64,000 bases of DNA, from positions 494 to 64,493 of the forward strand of contig JBCBGM010000010.1 of assembly GCA_038526735.1 (NCBI GenBank), given 5' to 3'. Shown here in pieces: positions 20,995 to 31,516 of this stretch. Below the pieces are notes generated by a model, which saw only the letters and a program-made list of their open reading frames with translations, was not told the DNA's origin and did no database searches. This DNA is from Pseudomonadota bacterium. Lineage in GTDB: Bacteria; Pseudomonadota; Alphaproteobacteria; Rhodobacterales; Rhodobacteraceae. The position numbers and the translations under genes are program-made. The number at the start of each line of letters is the position of its first letter. The stretch's first letter is position 1.

Positions 20995-21558
20995 TCAGAA
21001 AAACCACCGCCGCCCAATCACAATCGCATTGCTGCCGCCATGCGGCCCGGCAAACCCATACGCGTTTGAGCGGTGATGAATGCGGATCGTCCACTCCCGA
21101 TCATCGCGGCCCTGATGATCGACAAAGGCCCACTCCGCCGTCCAATGCACCAGAAAGTTCTGAGCGCGCCCATTGCGCTCTTTCTCAAACTTCGGCGGAC
21201 GGCTGGCGTAAGACGGCCCGATCCCCCAGGCAAAGCTGCTCAGCCACAAATCGCGAAACGGCACCCGAAAATAGACGATCGGCCCGTTAAACTCGATCAC
21301 CTCTTGCTTTCCGGCATGGCCCACGATCTGCGCCTCTGCCAGAAACTCTACCCGCCCAAGCTGCGCAAACTGCCGCTCGTAGGTCAGACCCACCAGCCCC
21401 GGCCGCTCTTGGTTGATGTAGAACGGGTCGAAGAGCGTGATCCAATCGTTCTGGAACAGCGTGCCAGCAAAAACCTGAAACCCACGATCCCGAGCACCCG
21501 GATCAGCGCGTGCCACGCTCGCGCAGCACGCCAGAACCAGCAGAAGCCGCATAATCAT
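20995..21558 (-). CDS. Putative outer-membrane beta-barrel protein (PagL/acyloxyacyl hydrolase-like)
   Basis: Signal peptide, RIHHRSNA motif, C-terminal aromatic WFF. Confidence 0.55.
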   Translation of the reverse strand: MIMRLLLVLACCASVARADPGARDRGFQVFAGTLFQNDWITLFDPFYINQERPGLVGLTYERQFAQLGRVEFLAEAQIVGHAGKQEVIEFNGPIVYFRVPFRDLWLSSFAWGIGPSYASRPPKFEKERNGRAQNFLVHWTAEWAFVDHQGRDDREWTIRIHHRSNAYGFAGPHGGSNAIVIGRRWFF

Positions 21559-21584
21559 ACCGCTCTCCCCTCGCGGGGCGCGGA

Positions 21585-22607
21585 TCAGCCTTTTTGCAGC
21601 ACCCGGCGCCCCAGCAACTCTGCGATTTGCACGGCATTGAGCGCCGCACCCTTGCGCAAATTGTCTGACACCACCCACATGTTAAGCCCGTTCTCGATTG
21701 TCGAGTCCTGACGGATTCTGCTGACGAATGTTGCAAAATCGCCAACACAATCGATGGGTGTCGTATAGCCACCGTCCTCGCGCTTATCGACGACCAGCAC
21801 CCCCGGTGCCTCGCGCAAAATGTCCCGTGCCTCGTCCTCATCGAGGAAGTCTTCGGTCTCGACATTCACCGACTCGGAGTGTCCCACAAACACCGGCACC
21901 CGCACGCAGGTCGCCGTGACCTTGATCTTTGGGTCGATGATTTTCTTCGTCTCGACGACCATCTTCCATTCTTCCTTGGTGTCGCCACCTTCCATGAAGA
22001 CGTCGATATGCGGGATCACGTTAAAAGCGATCTGCGCCTGAAACTTGGAGGGCTCAACCTCCTGCCCCGGCACATAGATGCCCTTGGTCTGGTTCCACAG
22101 CTCATCCATACCCTCTTTCCCGGCACCCGAGACGGACTGATACGTACTCACCACCACGCGCTTGATCTTGGCGCGGTCATGCAGCGGCTTCAGCGCCACC
22201 ACCATCTGCGCGGTCGAGCAGTTGGGGTTCGCGATGATGTTACGGTTGGAGTAGTGCTCAATCGCATCCGGGTTCACCTCGGGCACGATCAGCGGAATAT
22301 CGGGCTCATAGCGGTAAAGCGACGAGTTATCGATCACCACACAGCCTGCCGCAGCAGCCTTGGGCGCATAGGTCTTCGTCGCCGTGGAGCCGATCGCAAA
22401 GAGCGCGATATCCCAGCCAGTGAAGTCGAACTGGTCGAGGTCTTGGGTCAGGAGGGTCTTGTCGCCAAAGCTCACCTCGGTCCCCTGCGATTTGCGCGAC
22501 GCAAGCGCTGCAATCTCGTCCACAGGGAACTGGCGCTCGGCCAAGATGTTCAGCATTTCGCGGCCCACGTTGCCCGTGGCGCCAACGACGGCGACTTTGT
22601 AGCCCAT
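21585..22607 (-). CDS. asd: Aspartate-semialdehyde dehydrogenase
   Basis: GATGNVG, ANPNCST, YQSVSGAG, DNLRKGAALNAVQI. Confidence 0.98.
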   Translation of the reverse strand: MGYKVAVVGATGNVGREMLNILAERQFPVDEIAALASRKSQGTEVSFGDKTLLTQDLDQFDFTGWDIALFAIGSTATKTYAPKAAAAGCVVIDNSSLYRYEPDIPLIVPEVNPDAIEHYSNRNIIANPNCSTAQMVVALKPLHDRAKIKRVVVSTYQSVSGAGKEGMDELWNQTKGIYVPGQEVEPSKFQAQIAFNVIPHIDVFMEGGDTKEEWKMVVETKKIIDPKIKVTATCVRVPVFVGHSESVNVETEDFLDEDEARDILREAPGVLVVDKREDGGYTTPIDCVGDFATFVSRIRQDSTIENGLNMWVVSDNLRKGAALNAVQIAELLGRRVLQKG

Positions 22608-22788
22608 TTCTCTCTCCAAGGCTCAGATGCGCTCGCGCTCTAGCGCATCCAATCATCAAGGGAAACCGGCGTATCCGCGCATTTGCATCACTTTGCGTGA
22701 TCAAGATCATGTCGAAACACAGCACGCTGGAATTCTCTGAGAATAAGACGATACCTTTAGCAAAACTCGCCCGTAGGTTGAGCGCGCG

Positions 22789-23883
22789 ATGCCCAACGAC
22801 CCCTTCATGTCCGAGATCCGATATCTCGGAAACTCCTCCGTCGATTTCATCGAGATCGCAGTGGAGCAAGGGTCGTCCGTCGCCGACCTCTACATCGTCA
22901 ACTACAACTAGAACGGCACCGTCAAATCGACGACCCAGCTGACCGAAGCCAATGTCTCCGGCCCAACCGTTTCTGGCGGGCGGGATATCTACGTTGTCCA
23001 CGGCTCCACCAGCTTTAATGGCCTCAACAAACGCGGAGCCGTGGCGCTGGTCGAATCCGCGGATGGCACCACCGCCGACAACGTCTATGGCTTCTACTCG
23101 TTCGATGATCAGGCCGGTGTCGTCACCGCCACCGCAGGGCTCGCCAATGGTCTCTCCTCCGTCGATATTGGCCAAGCGGGCGCGGGCGAGTCCCTGATCA
23201 TCCGCAAAAGCGATGCGGACAATCCGGCCGTCGCCGACAGCGGCGCCTACACCGTGAACACGTCCCCCACCAAGGGCAGCATCCCCTGCTTCTGCCCCGG
23301 CACCCTGATCACCACCGTTCTCGGCCAAAAACCCATCGAGACCCTGGCTGCGGGCGACCTCGTGGTGACGATGGACAACGGCCTCCAACCGATCCGCTGG
23401 ATTGGCCGCAGAACCGTCTCCGGCATCGCGCGCTTTGACCCGCGCATGCGCCCGGTCACGATCACTGCTCAAACCGCACCGATCTCCCCCGCAGCTCCGC
23501 TGCGCGTCTCCCCAAACCACCGTTTCCTGATCCGCCACGCCGCCGTCCAAGCCCTCTTCGGCGTGCCCGAGGCTCTCGTGGCCGCACAGTTCATCGCCCC
23601 CCTCGATGCCCAGAGCACGCAGGCCACGCTGCCCAGCAACTTTGAGTACATCCACCTCCTCTTCGACCAGCTCGAGGTGATCTTCGCCAACGGCGCACCC
23701 GCCGAAAGCCTGCACCCCGGCCATGTCGCCCTCTCGGCCTTCGGCATGCCCGGCAAACTCCTCAATCTTGCAGGCATCCACACAGACTACGGCCCAACCG
23801 CCCAGCGCTGCCTGCACCGGTGGGGGGCGCGGGCCCTGATGGCGGCACTCACCGAACACAGCGGCATTGATCAGCATTCGTGA
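22789..23883 (+). pseudogene. Hint (bacterial intein-like) domain protein interrupted by an in-frame TAG
   Basis: Frame from ATG 22789 reads MPNDPFMSEIRYLGNSSVDFIEIAV...VNYN*NGTV..., TAG at 22909-22911, then continues in the same frame into ORF 23041-23883 with IPCFCPGTLI, VSPNHR, IFANGAPAESL. Confidence 0.75.
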
Positions 23884-24050
23884 ACAGTCTCATCGCATCC
23901 TTGTGACTGACTGAAACACGCGAACGGTATATACCTGTATGCACGGAGGACGACTCACATGATCAGACATCGCTTTTCGATCACCAAGCTCATCGGCGAG
24001 ATCCTGTTTGCTGACTGCGGCTGCGCCGAGACCCGCAAAATGCGCCTGTC

Positions 24051-24404
24051 GTGCTTGCTCGCGCGGCCCTGCTGATCACCACTCTCTGCGCGGCCCCGCT
24101 CTGGGCCGACGCCCCGGTGGTGACCGACGTCCGTATCACGATTGCCGGAGATACCGCCCGCTTCGACGTCACTGTCTCCCACCCAGACACCGGCTGGAGC
24201 CACTACGCAGACGTCTGGGAAGTGCTCGACGCGGCAGGCAACCGCCTCGGCTACCGCGAGCTTTTCCACCCCCATGTGAACGAACAACCCTTCACCCGCT
24301 CCCTCTCTGGCGTCCGTTTGCCAGACGGAACATCCGAAGTCTTCGTCCGCGCCCATGACAGCGTGCATGGCTGGGGAGAGGCGGTCGCCGTCCCCCTCCC
24401 CTAA
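24051..24404 (+). CDS. Conserved secreted His/Trp-rich protein
   Basis: Signal peptide; HPDTGWSHYADVW, HPHVNEQPFTRS, HDSVHGW; GTG start uncertain. Confidence 0.75.
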   Translation: MLARAALLITTLCAAPLWADAPVVTDVRITIAGDTARFDVTVSHPDTGWSHYADVWEVLDAAGNRLGYRELFHPHVNEQPFTRSLSGVRLPDGTSEVFVRAHDSVHGWGEAVAVPLP

Positions 24405-24429
24405 ACACGTCCCCACCCTGCAGAGTTTC

Positions 24430-24470
24430 AAATATCCCGGGGGGTCCGGGGGGCTGGCCCCCCGGCCGTC
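24430..24470. repeat. GC-rich palindromic intergenic repeat (REP-like)
   Basis: AAATATCCCGGGGGGT-CCGGGGGG-CTGG-CCCCCCGG between convergent genes. Confidence 0.6.
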
Positions 24471-24655
24471 GCCCGCGGCGCTCCTAAATTGCCTGGAATC
24501 AAGGCCAACGGCCGCCGGGCACACACCGGACCGGTCCCGCCAGCCTGGCGCTTTTGCGAGGGCTTAGACCCTCAGCAAACACATACGGTTTGCCGAGGTT
24601 AAACCGCGCAGCAAACAATTCAGCGCGCCAAACCACCGGCCCGGCGCGTCCCCCC

Positions 24656-25564
24656 TCAATGCGCCCGAATAAAATTCCCCGTGTTGAGGTCCTGCATCGC
24701 CTGCATCAGCTCTTCGCGCGTGTTCATCACAATTGGCCCGTGCCAGGCGACCGGCTCTTTGATTGGCGCACCAGAGACCAGCAAAAACCGCACGCCCTCG
24801 CTGCCTGCCTGCACCACGACCTCATCGCCCTCGCCAAAGCGCACCAGCGTGCGGTTGCCGGAGTTGTCGCGCATCAGGATCTCTTCGCCCTGATACTCCT
24901 TCTCCGTCAGCGCCCCCCAGGGCTGAGAGGCATCGGCAAACCGCGCCTCGCCTTCAAAGATATAGGCAAAGGCCCGCCGCCGCGTGTCGATCTTGAACCG
25001 CTTCGTGCGGCCTGCGGGGATCGAGACGTCAAGGTACTGCGGATCGGTCGCAATCCCATCCACCGGCCCCTTCGCCCCCCAAAATTCACCCGTGATCACC
25101 CGCACCAACGTGCCGTCATCATCCCCCACGGTCGGAATATCGCTTGCCTGCATGTCCTGATACCGCGGCTTCGTCATCTTCTGATCACGCGGCAGGTTCG
25201 CCCAAAGCTGGAACCCGTGCATCCGCCCGGCGAAATCCCCTTTCGGCATCTCTTGATGCAAAATTCCCGAGCCCGCCGTCATCCACTGCACCGAGCCCGG
25301 CCCCAGCGTGCCGTGATTCCCGAGGCTGTCCCGATGGGTCACATCGCCCGCCAGCACATAGGTGATCGTCTCGATGCCGCGGTGCGGGTGCCACGGAAAG
25401 CCCTTTTGATAGGCAACCGGGTCATCATTGCGGAAATCATCCAGCAGCAGAAACGGGTCACTCTCGCCCGGATCGCCAAAGCCAAACACACGGTGAAGCT
25501 CCACGCCCGCGCCCTCCATCGTGGGCTGGGCAACGGAGGTGGACGTGACGGGGCGCAAAGACAT
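24656..25564 (-). CDS. Pirin-family protein
   Basis: DPFLLLD, HPHRGIETITY, MTAGSGILHQE, FQLWANLP, GPIVMNT. Confidence 0.96.
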   Translation of the reverse strand: MSLRPVTSTSVAQPTMEGAGVELHRVFGFGDPGESDPFLLLDDFRNDDPVAYQKGFPWHPHRGIETITYVLAGDVTHRDSLGNHGTLGPGSVQWMTAGSGILHQEMPKGDFAGRMHGFQLWANLPRDQKMTKPRYQDMQASDIPTVGDDDGTLVRVITGEFWGAKGPVDGIATDPQYLDVSIPAGRTKRFKIDTRRRAFAYIFEGEARFADASQPWGALTEKEYQGEEILMRDNSGNRTLVRFGEGDEVVVQAGSEGVRFLLVSGAPIKEPVAWHGPIVMNTREELMQAMQDLNTGNFIRAH

Positions 25565-25653
25565 TGGCTCTCTCCTGACTGGTTAGGCCAGAGATAGCGC
25601 CACGGCTCCGGCGAACAAATAACCCTCAAAACCACAGACTGTTGCGCAAACGG

Positions 25654-26346
25654 CTACTCAAAAACGCTGCAAATCTCCTCCAGCGGCTTTTTGAGGGTAG
25701 AGACTTGCGGCACCGTCGCCCCTTCCGCCGCATGACCGACCGCCAAGATCATCACCGGCTTCTCCGCCTCAGGCCGCCTGCACAAGCCATTGAGAAACTT
25801 CATCGGATTGGGCGTGTGCGTCAGGCTCACCAGCCCCGCGTGATGCAGCGCCGCGATCAAAAACCCGGTCGCGATGCCCACACTCTCGTTCACGTAATAG
25901 TTCTTGAACCGCGTGCCGTCGTCAAACTCACCATAGCGCTGCGCAAAGATCACGATCAGCCAAGCGGCGTCATCAAGATGCGGCTTCTCAGAGGAGGTGC
26001 CCATCGGCGCCAACGCCTGCAACCACTCATCACTCGCACCCCCGGCATAAAACTTGCGCTCTTCCTCTTCCGCCGCCAGCCGGATCTGGTGTTTGTGCGC
26101 GGGGTTAGAGATCGCCACGAAATGCCAGGGCTGATGGTTCGCCCCGCTCGGCGCACCACCCGCCGTACGAATACAGCTCTCGATCACCTCTCGTGGCACC
26201 GGGCGCGGCTCGTAGTGGCGCACCGAGTGCCGCCCCGCCATCCGCTCCCGAAAAGCCTCCGCCTCTGCCACCGACTGCGTATCCGAAAAGCTCATCCGAT
26301 GCGGCAGGGGCAACGGCTCAAAGCTCGTCTTTTCCTTAAAGAACAT
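25654..26346 (-). CDS. Nitroreductase-fold iodotyrosine deiodinase-like flavoprotein
   Basis: RHSVRHY, APSGANHQPWHF, AAEEEERKFY, YYVNESVGIA, LTHTPNPM. Confidence 0.88.
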   Translation of the reverse strand: MFFKEKTSFEPLPLPHRMSFSDTQSVAEAEAFRERMAGRHSVRHYEPRPVPREVIESCIRTAGGAPSGANHQPWHFVAISNPAHKHQIRLAAEEEERKFYAGGASDEWLQALAPMGTSSEKPHLDDAAWLIVIFAQRYGEFDDGTRFKNYYVNESVGIATGFLIAALHHAGLVSLTHTPNPMKFLNGLCRRPEAEKPVMILAVGHAAEGATVPQVSTLKKPLEEICSVFE

Positions 26347-26401
26347 GGTGACCCTCCCCAGGCGATACCTTTGTTTGTTGTGGCCGGCACGAAGGCCGCG
26401 A

Positions 26402-27166
26402 TCACCGCGCCTTCGTCTCCATCCCCGTCCCCACAAAATGACTGCGGAGTGCGGGCAGCCGATCCTTTGGTGCGATCACATGGTTCTTGTTGGTCTTGTA
26501 GCGCTGATGCGTGAACACCAGCCCATAGCCCTGCGCATCCGCCCAGTCGAAGAACGCATCCTCGACCGTGTTATCCACTTCAATCAGCAACACCGGAGAA
26601 CACCGCTGAAGGGTCTGCTCAAGTCCCGAAAGGACCCGCATCTCCATCCCTTCAACGTCGATCTTGATGAAGTCCGGGCTCTCGCCGCTCAGCACCTCAT
26701 CCCCTTTCACAACGCTCAAGCTCCCCTCACCCGGCAGCATCCGCGCAGCACCAAGGTTGCGGTCCCGCTCCTCCATCGCAAAACCCGACATCGCAGCGTC
26801 GCTGACACCGACCCCAAGGTTGGAGAGGTCAAAGACAGTCTCCAGCCGGTTCACCAACACGTTCTGGATCAACAGATCATAGGCCCGCGGGTTCGGCTCA
26901 AACGGGATCACCCTGCGCGCGTTTAAAAACAGCGCCGCATAGAGCGAGTGGTTGCCGACATTCGCACCGATATCCACAAACACGCCGTTGTCCGGAAAGA
27001 CATTCCGCAACGCGGCCAGCGCTTTTAGCTCATAAAACGTGCCCTTGCGGTGATTCCGCTGCACCGGGTCGCGCTCCATGTTCACACAAAACGTAACGCG
27101 CTTGCCCTCGACCTGCGTGTGCACAAGCTGCAACGGCACGCTCTGCACCGCAGCCCCTGTCGCCAA
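26402..27166 (-). CDS. FkbM-family methyltransferase
   Basis: VDIGANVGNHS, FEPNP, IKIDVEGME; TTG start uncertain. Confidence 0.9.
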   Translation of the reverse strand: MATGAAVQSVPLQLVHTQVEGKRVTFCVNMERDPVQRNHRKGTFYELKALAALRNVFPDNGVFVDIGANVGNHSLYAALFLNARRVIPFEPNPRAYDLLIQNVLVNRLETVFDLSNLGVGVSDAAMSGFAMEERDRNLGAARMLPGEGSLSVVKGDEVLSGESPDFIKIDVEGMEMRVLSGLEQTLQRCSPVLLIEVDNTVEDAFFDWADAQGYGLVFTHQRYKTNKNHVIAPKDRLPALRSHFVGTGMETKAR

Positions 27167-27301
27167 GTTCGCAAGGAGTGTATCAATTTCCTGAACGATC
27201 GGATGTCTCAGCTCTAGTTTCGCCGCGACCGTGCCGAAATTTCAAACAGCCGTCCAGCCCGGGAATGGGGAGAGACTCTCTGAGACGAAACCTTCCCCAG
27301 C

Positions 27302-27742
27302 TCACGCGCCGGCAGTCCACCGATGCTCCAGGTCGATCAGACCCGAACCATCCTCCACCTCGCGAGAGACCTCAACGCATCCCTCCCGCCGATAGAACTT
27401 CCGCGCCCGCGTGTTCTTTTCATAGGCCCAGACGGTGATCCAAGTCCGATCTGTCTTCGCCAAATCCAGCAGGGCCTTGCCAACCCCCGCCCCGCGCGCA
27501 CGCCGGGCAATATAGAGGCCGGTGATGTTGTCATCCTCACGCAAACAAAACCCTACGACCGCCCCATCGCGCTCGGCCACCCAAGACGTTGGCACCTCTC
27601 GCAAGCACCCACTCCACCAGGCCGCAACCGTCTCCAGATCATTGAGCGGCCCGATCCAGGGCGTCTCCGCATCCCACTACAGAATGATCGCCGCGCAAGC
27701 CGCACCATCGCTCTCTTTCGCCAGTCGATACGTGTAGGACAT
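27302..27742 (-). pseudogene. GNAT acetyltransferase interrupted by an in-frame TAG
   Basis: ATG 27742: MSYTYRLAKESDGAACAAIIL*WDAETPWIGP...; TAG at 27679-27677, then the same frame continues to LYI..ARGAGVGKALL, NTRARKFYRREG. Confidence 0.75.
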
Positions 27743-28108
27743 GAGCGCTGCGTAAGGGGCAAAGAGGCCCGCGTCCAGCGAAGGGGGGCGCTTACGTTAT
27801 GGGCGTGTATCGTTGCTTCAGAGCGGCCGAGGCCCGACCCACCCTCAAAATGTCGCGACAGGAGCCGGTCCAGCGCTTGTCCGTGGGATGGCGCTCCGAC
27901 CCGCGATCAGCGCGATTTATAGTGGCAACGTCATCGCTCGACTGGTTTGGCGCTCCAGTGTGGCAAAGCGCCAGCCCGCCCGGACGGGCAAGCGCTGGAC
28001 AGGCGCCTTCAGCTTGATTCCGGTCTGGTCTGCGCTGACCAAAGAACAAAAGGTCCCGCGACCCAACGCCGTACCAACCCTCACCACACCCACACTTTCA
28101 AAAAACTT

Positions 28109-28185
28109 TGGTCGGAGTGAGAGGATTCGAACCTCCGGCCCCTGCCTCCCGAAGACAGTGCTCTACCAGGCTGAGCTACACTCCG
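28109..28185 (-). tRNA. tRNA-Pro(CGG)
   Basis: CGGAGTGTAGCTCAGCCTGGTAGAGCACTGTCTTCGGGAGGCAGGGGCCGGAGGTTCGAATCCTCTCACTCCGACCA. Confidence 0.97.
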
Positions 28186-28234
28186 ACCGTGGCGCGGGGC
28201 GTACACCTGCGCCTGCGCCAATTCAAGAGCCTCG

Positions 28235-29233
28235 TCACTCTGCGGGCACCACGGCCCTATCCCGCCCAGCCTCAGCAGCCCCGGCACCCCTTACCAACAA
28301 CCCAATCCGAGGCTGCTGGCCTGTGTCTGGCCGAATGTGGAACGCCCGCAGGATCGGGCGACGCAGCGACACGCCCGCCGTGCTCTCCCGCATCAAAATG
28401 TAGAGCCCCGAGGCCACAACCACAGCCGCCCCCATCAGCATCTGCGCGTCCACCGTCTCTCCGAAGAAAACAGCGCCCAGCACCACCGCCCATAGGATCT
28501 GGCTGTACTGCATCGGCGCAACCACCGCCGCATCCGCCGCGCGGTAGGCCTTGATCACCAGCAAAGCGCCCAAAAGCCCAAAACAGGCCGTCAGCAAAAA
28601 CGCGCCCAGATGCTCCACCGGCATCGGCTCATAGACAAACGGCAGTGCCGCACCCATCACCACCGCATTCGCCACCATCGGATACAGCAACAGCACCGCA
28701 GAGCGCTCCTCCGACCCGATCTTGCGAACGATGACCGATGCGAGCGCACCACCCACCGCCGCAACCAGCGCCGCGAAATGGCCCAGCGCAAACTCCCCAC
28801 CCTTGGGGTTGAGCACGATCATCACGCCAACGAGGCCCACCAGCACCGCAATCCCCCGCCGCCAGCCTATCCGCTCTCCAAGGATTGGCACGGCGAGCAG
28901 CGTGATCAGCAACGGCGTCATGAACAAGATCGCATAGACCTGCGCCAGCGGCAGCACGCTGAAAGCATAAAACACCGACACGCCCACAACCACCGCCGCC
29001 GCCGTGCGCAGCGCCGTCCACCACGGATGGCGCGGGATCAGGTTGGCATCCGTCCGGTCGCGCAACAACGCCACCGTGATGATCGGAAAGCCAAAAAGCG
29101 TGGTGAAAAACACGATCTGCATCGGCGCGTAACTGGCACCCAGCAGTTTGACGATGGCGTCATGGGCGGCGAAGGCGGCAAACGCGCCCAAAGCAAAGAG
29201 CGCCCCGGCGAGCGGGCTGGTCTTGGTGGTCAT
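28235..29233 (-). CDS. DMT/EamA-family transporter
   Basis: About ten TM segments, LGERIGWRR, VAPMQYSQI. Confidence 0.92.
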   Translation of the reverse strand: MTTKTSPLAGALFALGAFAAFAAHDAIVKLLGASYAPMQIVFFTTLFGFPIITVALLRDRTDANLIPRHPWWTALRTAAAVVVGVSVFYAFSVLPLAQVYAILFMTPLLITLLAVPILGERIGWRRGIAVLVGLVGVMIVLNPKGGEFALGHFAALVAAVGGALASVIVRKIGSEERSAVLLLYPMVANAVVMGAALPFVYEPMPVEHLGAFLLTACFGLLGALLVIKAYRAADAAVVAPMQYSQILWAVVLGAVFFGETVDAQMLMGAAVVVASGLYILMRESTAGVSLRRPILRAFHIRPDTGQQPRIGLLVRGAGAAEAGRDRAVVPAE

Positions 29234-29357
29234 AGCGGAGTTCCGGTTACGCGCACGACCCAACGCCGCGCGCGTAACCTAGAGTTGCGCCAAGGCTCCA
29301 CAGGGTGGAAGCCTCAATTTGGCAAACCCGCCATGCAACAGATGCAACGCGCCGGGC

Positions 29358-30461
29358 TTAGGCCGCCTCAAGCGCTGCCAAAATCGCGTCACCCATGCCG
29401 CTGGTCGAAAGCGGCGTGCCGCCCTCCGGCCCCATCAGATCACCGGTGCGCGCACCCTCGGCGAGTGCGGTCTCGACTGCTGCCTCCAGCATGTCCGCCT
29501 CATCCCCCATGTCGAAGGAATAGCGCAGCGCCATCGCGAAGCTCAGGATACAGGCAATCGGGTTCGCCTTGCCCTCACCGGCGATATCCGGAGCCGAGCC
29601 ATGCACCGGCTCATAGAGCGCCTTGGGCCGCCCATTCGCCATCGGCAACCCCAGAGAGGCCGATGGCAGCATCCCCAAAGAGCCCGTCAGCATCGCCGCC
29701 GCATCTGACAGCAGGTCACCAAAGAGGTTGTCAGTCACGATCACATCAAACTGCTTGGGCCAACGGCAGAGCTGCATCGCGCCGGCATCTGCGTACATGT
29801 GCGACAGCTCCACGTCGGAGTACTCCTTCTCATGCACCTCGGTGACGACATCCCGCCACAGGATGCCGCTCTCCATCACATTGGCCTTCTCCATCGAGCA
29901 GACCTTGTTGCCGCGCTTGCGCGCCAACTCAAAGGCAGAGCGCGCGACACGCGCAATCTCGCTCTCGGTGTAGCGTTGGGTGTTGATGCCCACGCGCTCA
30001 TTGCCTTCGGTGAAAATCCCCCGAGGCTCCCCGAAATACACGCCCGAGGTCAGCTCGCGCACGATCATGATGTCGAGCCCGGCGACCACGTCCTTCTTCA
30101 ACGAGGAGAAATCCGCCAGCGCATCAAAGCACTGCGCCGGGCGCAGGTTCGAGAACAGGTCCATCTCTTTGCGCAGCCGCAACAGGCCCCGCTCCGGCTT
30201 CACCGAAAAGTCGAGATCGTCGTATTTCGGGCCACCCACCGCGCCCAGCAGCACCGCATCCACAGCCTGCGCCCGCTCCATCGTCTCGTCGGTCAGCGGC
30301 GTGCCATGCGCGTCATAAGACGCCCCGCCCACAAGCCCCTCTTCCACGTCAAAGGTGATGCCTTTATGCGCACCAAACCAGTCGATGATCCGGCGCACCT
30401 CCGCCATCACCTCAGGGCCAATGCCATCGCCGGGCAGGATCAGGAGGGAAGGGTTCGCCAT
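29358..30461 (-). CDS. leuB: 3-isopropylmalate dehydrogenase
   Basis: [35 protein letters not shown]. Confidence 0.98.
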   Translation of the reverse strand: MANPSLLILPGDGIGPEVMAEVRRIIDWFGAHKGITFDVEEGLVGGASYDAHGTPLTDETMERAQAVDAVLLGAVGGPKYDDLDFSVKPERGLLRLRKEMDLFSNLRPAQCFDALADFSSLKKDVVAGLDIMIVRELTSGVYFGEPRGIFTEGNERVGINTQRYTESEIARVARSAFELARKRGNKVCSMEKANVMESGILWRDVVTEVHEKEYSDVELSHMYADAGAMQLCRWPKQFDVIVTDNLFGDLLSDAAAMLTGSLGMLPSASLGLPMANGRPKALYEPVHGSAPDIAGEGKANPIACILSFAMALRYSFDMGDEADMLEAAVETALAEGARTGDLMGPEGGTPLSTSGMGDAILAALEAA

Positions 30462-30535
30462 GGGGTGTCTCCGCGTGTTCTGAGTATGCCGTGGCGATAC
30501 TTGCGGCACCGCACAGGGTCAAGGCGACCAAGCGG

Positions 30536-31429
30536 TCACGCCAGCGCCGTCGTCAGCCCTGTCGCCAGCAAATCATAGACCCGGCGGATGCGCGGTGTCC
30601 GCCGCAACGCCTCTGCCGCCGTCAGCCACACCTCTAAGGGTGGGATTTGCAGGTCTGGGAGCAGCCGCACCAGCGACGGCCTACGGTCGCCCAGCATCGT
30701 CAGCATCGCGCCCATCCCACAGCCTGCCTCGACCAGGGCGACCCCCGTGAGATTGCAGTCACACCGCACCTGAAACGCATCGCGGGAGAGCGTGATCCCC
30801 TGCGCAGCATAGCCCTCGATCAGGTCCAAACTCCGATCCCGCCCCACCAGCGGGAGCGTCAAAAGCTCGTCAATCTGCGTGGGCACCACCCCTCCCGGCA
30901 ACAGATCGCGATGCACATAGAGGCCAATCGGTAGGTCCGCGATATGCCTCGTGATCACCTCCGGCTCGCGCGGGCGGAACATCCGCACCGCGATATCCGC
31001 CTCCCGAAACAACAGATTTTGCGTGGTGTCGGTGGGCAGCAGATCGAGCGAGATGCCCGGCTCCGTTGCCCGGATCTCTGCCAGCAAACTCGGCAGCACC
31101 TCCAGCGCCATCGTCTCAGAGGCGGTGATCCGCACCGCCCCCTCCAACGCCTGCGATTGCCCCGCCACGGTCAGCCCCAGCGCCTCAGAGGCATCCCGCA
31201 TCGCCCGCGCGGCGGGCAACAGCGCAAACGCCTCCTCGGTCGGGGTCAGCCCGCGCGGGTTGCGGTGGAACAGATCTAACGCCGTCGCCGCCTCCAACTC
31301 CCGGATATGCCGCCCCAGCGTCGGCTGCGTCAGGCCGAGCTTTTGCGCGGCCCCCGAAAGCGAGCCCTCTTCCGCCACCGCCAAAAAGCTGCGGATTAGG
31401 GACCAGTCGAGATGTGTGAGCTTATCCAT
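30536..31429 (-). CDS. LysR-family transcriptional regulator
   Basis: FLAVAEEGSLSGAA..LGLTQPTLGRHIRELE; divergent from the epimerase gene. Confidence 0.95.
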   Translation of the reverse strand: MDKLTHLDWSLIRSFLAVAEEGSLSGAAQKLGLTQPTLGRHIRELEAATALDLFHRNPRGLTPTEEAFALLPAARAMRDASEALGLTVAGQSQALEGAVRITASETMALEVLPSLLAEIRATEPGISLDLLPTDTTQNLLFREADIAVRMFRPREPEVITRHIADLPIGLYVHRDLLPGGVVPTQIDELLTLPLVGRDRSLDLIEGYAAQGITLSRDAFQVRCDCNLTGVALVEAGCGMGAMLTMLGDRRPSLVRLLPDLQIPPLEVWLTAAEALRRTPRIRRVYDLLATGLTTALA

Positions 31430-31516
31430 GCATTTATGCATATCATATGTGAGCCGAGAGGCAATTTCATTACAAAACCGCATGGGCAAGTCTGACGTAC
31501 CAGATAGGAGCCCAGC

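Noticed and set aside
22909-27679. Genome-wide TAG recoding or pyrrolysine as the explanation for two internal amber codons
   Set aside because: Conserved genes here (cobB, leuC, leuD, ccrM, carbonic anhydrase) end at TAG at their expected lengths, and no suppressor tRNA is seen in the window.
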